A stretch of 64,000 nt of DNA, taken from NCBI GenBank assembly GCA_020350885.1, contig CP070727.1:3664017-3728016 (forward strand), given 5' to 3'. Shown here piece by piece: positions 57,402 through 64,000 of the stretch; position 1 is the stretch's first letter; every line of letters begins with the position of its first letter. The notes below the pieces were generated by a model that ran no database searches, was not told the origin of the DNA, and saw nothing but the letters and a program-made list of their open reading frames with translations. Position numbers and translations under genes: made by a program. The DNA is from a bacterium. Its GTDB lineage: Bacteria; Krumholzibacteriota; Krumholzibacteriia; Krumholzibacteriales; Krumholzibacteriaceae.

Positions 57402-58166
57402 ATGCACGCAATTGAACACGACAGGGAGAAGCTGGAGCAGGCCGCCGGACGCCTCTCCCGATCGGAACGAACCATCGTCTCGACGGGGTCCGGCATTTCG
57501 CGAGAGAGCGGCATTCCCACCTTCAGGGGTGAGGACGGACTCTGGCAGAACCATCGCCCCGAAGAACTCGCCTCCCGGGAAGGATTCCTCTCGAATCCCG
57601 GGCTCGTCTGGCGTTGGTACCGTGAGCGGCTCGGGACCGCCAGAGCAAAGCAACCGAATCCGGGTCATCGTGCCATCGCCAGGCTCGAACCTCTGATCCC
57701 AAACTTTCTCCTCATCACCCAGAACATCGACAACCTGCACCGGCGCGCCGGCAGCAAGGAGATCGTTGAGCTTCACGGAAACATCGAACGGTACCGCTGC
57801 TTCGAGTATTCGCATCCCGCCGAGGAGGATCCTCAGTGGGGTGACGAGCCGCCCCGGTGCCACTGCGGCTCCATAATACGACCCGACGTGGTCTGGTTCG
57901 GGGAACCGTTACCCGAAGCCGAGATCGAGTGTGCCTTCCGGGAATCGGCGCGCTGCGATACATTCCTCGTCGTCGGTACTTCGGGCATGGTGCAGCCTGC
58001 TGCCCTCCTTCCGCAGGTCGCAAGAAACGCCGGGGCACTGCTTATCGAGGTCAATGAAACGCCTTCGGAGATCACTCCCATCGTCGACATCTTTCTGCAA
58101 GGCAAGGCCGGTGAGACCCTGCCGCCGCTCGTGGACCGGATCGAAGAGCTGGTCTCTCGAGGGTAA
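57402..58166 (+). CDS. cobB: NAD-dependent protein deacylase, Sir2 family
   Basis: GSGISRESGIPTFRG, QNIDNLH and the CxxC...CxC zinc ribbon (RCFEYSHP...CHCGS) are present. Confidence 0.85.
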   Translation: MHAIEHDREKLEQAAGRLSRSERTIVSTGSGISRESGIPTFRGEDGLWQNHRPEELASREGFLSNPGLVWRWYRERLGTARAKQPNPGHRAIARLEPLIPNFLLITQNIDNLHRRAGSKEIVELHGNIERYRCFEYSHPAEEDPQWGDEPPRCHCGSIIRPDVVWFGEPLPEAEIECAFRESARCDTFLVVGTSGMVQPAALLPQVARNAGALLIEVNETPSEITPIVDIFLQGKAGETLPPLVDRIEELVSRG

Positions 58167-58202
58167 TACCGATAGGGATACGTTTCTTCGTGGATTACAA
58201 AC

Positions 58203-59381
58203 TCAGAGTCTGAGCAGTTTTCGGAGCCGCCTAAGGTCGTTTGTGGCGATCTCGATCAGCTCGGATAAGGCGTTCGATTCGTCTTCGTCACGCGTTCTCA
58301 TCCCGACCCATCCCCACCACGCCACCAGGACGGCGGACCATACGAATCCAATGGCGGTCGAAACGATCACGATGGCCCACCGGGGAAATCCCGCAGGCTT
58401 CTCCGGCAGATTCGGTTCATCGATGACCTGAACGGTCGGCGTATTGCGGGCTTTTTCTATTCCGGCCTCTTCATACTGCTCGCGCAGGAACGAGTACACA
58501 CGCTCGTTGACCTCGAGATCCCGTTCCATCGTGGCGTATTGCTGATAGAGTTCCGGCAGCTGCCGGAGCGGAACAAAAACCGCCTCGGCGGTATCGCCTT
58601 CCATGATCTTGTTGAGTTCCTGGAGATAGTTTTGGTATTCCGCCTCCTTGCGGAGGAGCTCGACGGCGTCCCTGCGGGCGAACTCCCTCAGAAGATCGAG
58701 CTCGATCTTTGTAATCGTAGTCCTGACCTTGATGTCGGCGGCCACATCGATCGCACCCCGAACCTGCTCCTCGAAGTCGACGATACCGTACTCATGCTGG
58801 AAACGGGATATCTCTTCACGTACCGCATCGAGCTGTTGCCGGTATTTTACGATCTGCTCGGATATAAAGCCGATCGTATTGGCGGCCCGGGTAAACTGAA
58901 GATAATGGTTCAACGTGTCGAGACCCTCGATATAGTACCGGGCGATCCTGACGGCCATCTCGGGTTCCTCATCCCGCACCTTGAGCCGTATCAAGCCTGT
59001 CTTGGTCACCGAGATCCTGGTGCGGGAATGCAGCTCCCCCACCGCCTCCTCCACCGTATCCGCGTCGTAACGCTTCTTGAGCCCGAGTGTCCTCACGATC
59101 ATCTCGCCCAGACGACGGCTCTCGATGATATCGGCAAGTATCGCAGCCGATGTGGAACCTCCCGTCGCCGGAATAACCACGGAGGGAAGGTTCAACTGGG
59201 CCATCCACGCGGTGAGCAACCCTTCACCCCCCTCCTCGAAGGGCGGCAGCAAGAGTGCCTTCGTTTCGTACTTGCGATCGGCGATCAAGGCGTACAGCAA
59301 GGATACGAAGAAGAACAGGAAGGTTACCAACAGAATAGGGCGTCGTTTGAGTATTACGAAATGCAAGAGGCGAAATCCCAT
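58203..59381 (-). CDS. Polysaccharide chain-length determinant (Wzz/PCP) family protein without kinase domain
   Basis: An N-terminal TM helix is followed by a long coiled-coil periplasmic region and a C-terminal TM helix (WAIVIVSTAIGFVWSAVLVAWWGW). The architecture is Wzz/GumC-like. Confidence 0.6.
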   Translation of the reverse strand: MGFRLLHFVILKRRPILLVTFLFFFVSLLYALIADRKYETKALLLPPFEEGGEGLLTAWMAQLNLPSVVIPATGGSTSAAILADIIESRRLGEMIVRTLGLKKRYDADTVEEAVGELHSRTRISVTKTGLIRLKVRDEEPEMAVRIARYYIEGLDTLNHYLQFTRAANTIGFISEQIVKYRQQLDAVREEISRFQHEYGIVDFEEQVRGAIDVAADIKVRTTITKIELDLLREFARRDAVELLRKEAEYQNYLQELNKIMEGDTAEAVFVPLRQLPELYQQYATMERDLEVNERVYSFLREQYEEAGIEKARNTPTVQVIDEPNLPEKPAGFPRWAIVIVSTAIGFVWSAVLVAWWGWVGMRTRDEDESNALSELIEIATNDLRRLRKLLRL

Positions 59382-59437
59382 TGCTCTGCTCCTATAGGGA
59401 TCGGGAGGTGCATCCGTGGAATCGTATTATCCCTGTT

Positions 59438-60457
59438 TCAATCATACCGTTTACTCTGTTTGATACAGAAGGTAAACATAAAACCCTGCGGATTTCCCCC
59501 GACCGCCAGATCCTCGAGTACATATATATATTCGGCATCCAGCTGGAACTGGAAGTTATACGTCCTGAAAACGGTGATCCCTCCACCGGCGATGAGTGCC
59601 AGACCCATCCCGCTATCGGCCCGGTCGTTGACCAGGATATCGCCGTTGATCTCCACGATCCGTTCCTTGGCCCTGATCCAGTGAACCCCCACGCCGGCGC
59701 TGAGAAAGGGTGCGAAGTCACCCCGGCTGAAGTATCTGCCGATCTTCGCATCGAGCAGTGCAATATCGATCGCCGAACCGCCGTCCTCGTTCATGCTGCC
59801 GCCCCAGCGGATCCCCGATCGTCCCGAGAGGAAAAAGTCCCTTGTGTCGTGTTGATAGGCGAGATCGAGCACGATCAGACGGATATCTCCCCCCATCGAT
59901 CCGTTGGCCGTCCACATGAATCCCGCCCGGAGACTCCTCGAAGAGTAAGAGGAGCGTCTCCGGGGTTCCTCCGCTTCCTCCTCCGTAATCAATCCGATCT
60001 CGGCGGTCGACTCGATCTTTCTCCCTTCACTCAACCCTATGGCGAGCCGCTTGAGGACGATATCCAGATCCTCCTCGTCAAGGGATACACCGTCGTCGCT
60101 GAAGATAATTGATTCGCTTCCGGCATCCACCAACTGAACCATTATAATGAGCTTGTATCCCAACCTCGTCAGGGTGCCGGTGATGGCCCGTGCGTAACCC
60201 GCCTCACGTGCCAGGGCGGCCGTGCAGGATACGTCGGAGCAATCGGTGTACCCTACGACATCGAATGCATTGACGGGTATATACTTACCCTCCTGTTCCA
60301 AGGCCCCCTGAAATACGAGCATGACCGCATCAATGAGCTCCTCGTCCACCCCAACCCCCTTGAAACGGAAGAGAAGTACCCGATCGGCTGCCGAGAGCGA
60401 TCCCGTTGCTACGAGAAGAAGCACGATGAACAATGAGACTCTGTAGAGCTTCGTCAT
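59438..60457 (-). CDS. Secreted hypothetical protein (possible beta-rich/outer-membrane domain)
   Basis: It has a signal peptide (MTKLYRVSLFIVLLLVATGSLSA). The C-terminal half has alternating beta-like segments rich in Gly/aromatic residues. There are no known motifs. The start was chosen at the ATG at 60457. Confidence 0.35.
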   Translation of the reverse strand: MTKLYRVSLFIVLLLVATGSLSAADRVLLFRFKGVGVDEELIDAVMLVFQGALEQEGKYIPVNAFDVVGYTDCSDVSCTAALAREAGYARAITGTLTRLGYKLIIMVQLVDAGSESIIFSDDGVSLDEEDLDIVLKRLAIGLSEGRKIESTAEIGLITEEEAEEPRRRSSYSSRSLRAGFMWTANGSMGGDIRLIVLDLAYQHDTRDFFLSGRSGIRWGGSMNEDGGSAIDIALLDAKIGRYFSRGDFAPFLSAGVGVHWIRAKERIVEINGDILVNDRADSGMGLALIAGGGITVFRTYNFQFQLDAEYIYVLEDLAVGGNPQGFMFTFCIKQSKRYD

Positions 60458-60643
60458 CCCAGCCTCCACCCCCTCTCCGCGATCCACTTCGCACCCGATC
60501 GTTTGATAATTCAGGGGAGTGTATCGCCTGAAACAAGCATAAAGCAAGGAAAAAGCGGGTCGTCTCCTAAAGTGGCCGGCTATCCATCTCAATAAGTAAT
60601 TTCCCCCACATTAGGACATTGCCAAATAGAGGGTGTCCCGCAG

Positions 60644-60994
60644 TTATCCCTTTTCGAATAAGATCTCGAGGCGTTCGGCCGCAAGACGGATGTGTGGAAT
60701 CACTATCGACCCGCCGACGACCAGTGCAATGTTGAACGCTTCGTAGAACTCCTCCTTCGAAATCCCCGCTTCCTTGCACTTGATGAGATGGTAGGAGATA
60801 CAATCGTCGCAGTGCAGTACAATCGAAGCGGTAAGCCCCATGAGCTCCTTGACATTTGCCGGTAGCACCCCAGCGTGATAGGCCTGTTCATCGAGTGCAA
60901 AGAACCGTTTGATACCCAGGTTACCGCTCGATAGCACAACCTCGTTGAGCCGGGAGCGCTCGTTCTCGAATTCCCTTCTCCATTTGGATGTCAT
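60644..60994 (-). CDS. Carboxymuconolactone decarboxylase / AhpD-like family protein
   Basis: LHCDDCISYH is the AhpD-core C-x-x-C-x-x-x-H motif. The size is ~115 aa. Confidence 0.75.
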   Translation of the reverse strand: MTSKWRREFENERSRLNEVVLSSGNLGIKRFFALDEQAYHAGVLPANVKELMGLTASIVLHCDDCISYHLIKCKEAGISKEEFYEAFNIALVVGGSIVIPHIRLAAERLEILFEKG

Positions 60995-61091
60995 ACCACT
61001 TACACCAGCCTTTCAGGATCGGCCTCCGAGCCGATTGTAACGCTCCCCACCGCCTCGAAGGGTCCAGTCCGTTGCGTAATTACGGTTTTGA

Positions 61092-62318
61092 TCACATGGG
61101 TTTTATCCGAAGATACTTCTTTTTCCCGGCTCGTAGCAGAATTAAACCTGCCTCGAGATTCTCTCCCGATATCAACTCGTCGAACTTCTCGATGCGTCGG
61201 CCGTTCACATAAGCACCGCCCTGAGCTATGAGCCGCCGTGCCTCGCCCCGGGTCTTTACGAGACCTGCATCGGTGAAGAGGACAAAGGCCGGGATCCCGT
61301 CGGCGAGCCGCTGCCCTTCGATTTCGTATGTGGGAACGGCACCGTCGTCTCCCCCACCCACTTCCGCGAAGAGTGCCTGCGCTGCCGCCCTGGCTTTATC
61401 CGCCTCATCGGCACCGTGGTTGATCGTGGTCGCTTCGTTGGCGAGTACCTCCTTCGCTTCGCGCAGCTTCGCTCCCCCCTGGGACGTGAGCCGCCCGATC
61501 TCATCCATCGGTAGAAATGTAAAGAGCTTCAAGAACTTCTCTGTATCCCGGTCGTCGGTATTGATCCAGTACTGGTAGTAATCATAGGGGGAGGTTCGGG
61601 CCGCATCGAGCCAGACGGCACCCTGTTCGGACTTGCCCATCTTGGCACCGCCCGATGTGGTCAAGAGCGGGAACGTCATGGCCTCTGCTTCGCCCTGTTC
61701 GAGCCGTCGTATCAAATCGGCACCAGCCAGAATGTTGCCCCACTGATCGTTCCCCCCCATCTGGAGCGTGCAGCCGTAATTACGGTAGAGATGGAGAAAA
61801 TCGTACGACTGCAGCAACATGTAGTTGAACTCGATGAAGGTCAGCCCCGTCTCCAGCCTCTGGCGGTAGGACTCGGCGGCGAGCATCCGGTTCACACTGA
61901 AGTGACGGCCGATATCCCGCAGGAACTCGATGTAGTTGAGGGGCAGGAGCCACTCGGCGTTGTCCAGCATCAATGCCTTGTCCTGGGAGAATTCGAAAAA
62001 TCGGCCGAGCTGCCTCTTGAGCCCCCTGCTGTTCGAGGCTATCTCCTCTTTGGAGATGAGCTGCCTGAGTTCCGTTCTCCCGCTCGGATCACCGATCATG
62101 ACCGTGCCGCCGCCCATGAGAACGATAATCTGGTGGCCGTGCCGCTGCATATGGGCGAGCGCCATGATCGGTATGAGACTCCCCGCATGGAAGCTGTCGG
62201 ATGTCGGATCGAAGCCGATGTAGCAGGTGGTCGGGGTGGACAGCATTGCCCTGACTTTCTCCGCATCGGTGACCTGCTCTATGAAGCCCCGCTCCTTGAG
62301 AACATCGTAGGCGTTCAT
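61092..62318 (-). CDS. tyrS: Tyrosine--tRNA ligase
   Basis: YIGFDPTSDSFHAGSL is the HIGH-class motif and KMGKS is the KMSKS motif. There is a C-terminal S4-like domain. Confidence 0.9.
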   Translation of the reverse strand: MNAYDVLKERGFIEQVTDAEKVRAMLSTPTTCYIGFDPTSDSFHAGSLIPIMALAHMQRHGHQIIVLMGGGTVMIGDPSGRTELRQLISKEEIASNSRGLKRQLGRFFEFSQDKALMLDNAEWLLPLNYIEFLRDIGRHFSVNRMLAAESYRQRLETGLTFIEFNYMLLQSYDFLHLYRNYGCTLQMGGNDQWGNILAGADLIRRLEQGEAEAMTFPLLTTSGGAKMGKSEQGAVWLDAARTSPYDYYQYWINTDDRDTEKFLKLFTFLPMDEIGRLTSQGGAKLREAKEVLANEATTINHGADEADKARAAAQALFAEVGGGDDGAVPTYEIEGQRLADGIPAFVLFTDAGLVKTRGEARRLIAQGGAYVNGRRIEKFDELISGENLEAGLILLRAGKKKYLRIKPM

Positions 62319-62645
62319 ATATCAGATGCTCCTTACCACAGGATCGAATCGAATATTATCAGACAGTATATCTACTAAACATTAAAACGATTTCACGATT
62401 CAGTAAACAGTAAAGAGTTCGAAGCGTGTAAGCGCCGAACGTTTTTGGTGATTAGTGAAAGCATATTTCCAACACTTCGGATTCTGTTTTCGATTGACCG
62501 ATTCACCGTAATGGAGGTATACAGAGTAACAAACATCGTGAGACCGATACGACAATCCATATAGCTAACCTCTTGGGAGTGCAGCACTTGCCACAAGGTG
62601 CTCCACTTCAGCGTTGCATAGACCGTCAAAGCGAAGGAAGATACA

Positions 62646-64000
62646 ATGAAGCTGATCAGATGTATTCCCATAGCGATACTTATCGTTGTGACTTGCCCTG
62701 CCATTGCACAATCGGACCTTCCCCCGTATCACGGTGAATACGACTTTCTCATGGCCTCCCCCGGAGGGCTTACCTACGGGCTCTACGGTTATGTGAACCC
62801 GGCGCTCATCCGCTATGTCGAGCGTCCGGATCTCCTCTTTGCCTTCTCCGATTCAGAGGGTGACCTGGAGGACTTCGACCGATGGGGTCTCTTTGGGGCG
62901 AGACACCTCTTCAATCTTCCGATCGGATTCGGTGCCGTACACAGAAGCACGGATCTCGGGAGTGTGACCGATTACCGGATCTCCATTGCAAGGGGAAACA
63001 GGAACCTCTGCTACGGCATCGGTTTCGGCTGGTCGGGAGGCGATACCGATGCACTCGGTCGCACGGATGTCGTAACCCTCGGAACACTCGTAAGACCCAA
63101 CCGCTACCTCTCGCTCGGACTCTCGTCGGTCCTGGCCACCAACGGGGACCACCGTGAAGGCGTCGTCGATCTGGCGATCCGCCCGTTGGCCGACGAGAGG
63201 ATCACACTCTTCTCCGATTACGCGCTCCAGGACGACGAGCGTCTCGAGGATGGCCACTGGAGCGCCGGCCTCGCCGTCGAGGCGCTGCCCGGCGTGCGTA
63301 TCACGGGGCGCTACTTCGACACCGAGGCCTTCGCATTCGGGCTGGCGGTAAGCTTCGGGCGGATCGGCCTGGGGAGCCAGGCCTTCTACGATGAGGAGCA
63401 GAACTACGGCTACAACACATACAGTGTGCGGCTCGGCGCCACCGACCGTAATATATTCCGCACCTACCTCGCCCGAAGGAAACGCTACCTCAAGCTCGAT
63501 ATCCACGGTCCCGTCAGGTACCAACGGTACCGCCTCTTCGACAGGTCGATCACACTCACGGGGCTCCTCTCCGCCATCGACGCCGCCATGACGGACGATA
63601 CGATCGCCGGCATCGCACTCGACATCTCCGGCATGCGCATCAACCGGGAGATGGGATGGGAGCTTCGCGAGAAGCTCGCTGAGTTCAAGAGAGCGGGCAA
63701 GCATACAATCGTCTTCGCCGACGGGTTGGACATCGACGGTTACCACCTCGCTTCAGTCGCCGACCGTATCGTCATGGATCCGTCGGTCGGAATGATACTC
63801 GAGGGATACCTCCTCGGGCGGACCTACCTGAAGGGGACAATGGAAAAGGTGGGGCTCGGATTCGACGAATGGCGTTTCTTCACGTACAAATCGGCATACG
63901 AGGGATATTCCAGAAAGACAATGTCGGATGCGGACCGGGAGCAGCGTCAGCGCCTCGTCGATGAATACTACCGTCTGGCACGGAGTGAAATATGCGAATC
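62646..64000 (+). CDS. sppA: Signal peptide peptidase SppA-like (S49 family) protein with a novel N-terminal beta-rich domain. It is 3'-truncated by the window end
   Basis: The frame is open from the ATG at 62646 to the window end (the ORF track missed it because there is no stop). It has a signal peptide (MKLIRCIPIAILIVVTCPAIA). The C-terminal part (IAGIALDISGMRINREMGWELREKLAEFKRAGKHTIVFADG...VADRIVMDPSVGMI) matches the ClpP/crotonase-fold S49 non-catalytic half. Confidence 0.55.
   Translation, partial: MKLIRCIPIAILIVVTCPAIAQSDLPPYHGEYDFLMASPGGLTYGLYGYVNPALIRYVERPDLLFAFSDSEGDLEDFDRWGLFGARHLFNLPIGFGAVHRSTDLGSVTDYRISIARGNRNLCYGIGFGWSGGDTDALGRTDVVTLGTLVRPNRYLSLGLSSVLATNGDHREGVVDLAIRPLADERITLFSDYALQDDERLEDGHWSAGLAVEALPGVRITGRYFDTEAFAFGLAVSFGRIGLGSQAFYDEEQNYGYNTYSVRLGATDRNIFRTYLARRKRYLKLDIHGPVRYQRYRLFDRSITLTGLLSAIDAAMTDDTIAGIALDISGMRINREMGWELREKLAEFKRAGKHTIVFADGLDIDGYHLASVADRIVMDPSVGMILEGYLLGRTYLKGTMEKVGLGFDEWRFFTYKSAYEGYSRKTMSDADREQRQRLVDEYYRLARSEICE

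Noticed and set aside
62853-63746. 297-aa minus-strand ORF in the ORF track
   Set aside because: It is antisense to the uninterrupted plus-strand SppA-like frame. It is low-complexity, has no start context and no domain signatures.
1-64000. Searched for CRISPR arrays, IS/transposase or integrase genes, rRNA and tRNA genes
   Set aside because: There are no direct-repeat/spacer arrays. There are no DDE transposase, integrase or recombinase motifs. No cloverleaf-compatible tRNA candidates turned up in the intergenic regions I examined by eye. This cannot be fully excluded without tRNAscan.

Overview
This is a GC-rich (~58-60%) bacterial chromosomal segment with no recognisable mobile elements, CRISPR arrays, rRNA or tRNA genes. 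Two proteins carry C-terminal Por/T9SS sorting domains (NYPNPFNP motif), so the organism probably belongs to a T9SS-bearing lineage (FCB-group-like). The centre (22.8-38.5 kb, minus strand) is a conserved housekeeping block: yraN-rnhB-rplS-trmD-rimM-KH-rpsP-ffh, then rpe, PASTA protein, fmt-def, yajC, tgt, queA, ruvBAC, yebC and a divergent EF-G paralog. The left part is accessory: a GT-C-like membrane protein, an M24 peptidase, an O-antigen-ligase-like protein, an M14 carboxypeptidase whose T9SS C-terminal domain is split off in another frame, two tandem alkaline-phosphatase-superfamily phosphodiesterase paralogs, an SGNH hydrolase, cysDN, an FmdB zinc ribbon, a sulfatase-fold protein with Thr at the formylglycine position, and EamA, NSS and AgcS transporters. 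The right part (43.5-55.6 kb, minus strand) is the most interesting. It is a tightly packed, translationally coupled five-gene operon: a secreted 14-blade two-component-regulator propeller protein, a TPR+PEGA membrane protein, a P-loop NTPase-TM-4xPEGA protein, a Hanks Ser/Thr kinase fused to the same P-loop NTPase domain, and a 1662-aa FG-GAP/VCBS repeat protein with a T9SS C-terminal domain. It looks like an undescribed split trans-envelope signalling/surface module. The second notable finding is an orphan ~174-nt structured sRNA candidate with a perfect sigma70 promoter and an intrinsic terminator at 21.87-22.07 kb.
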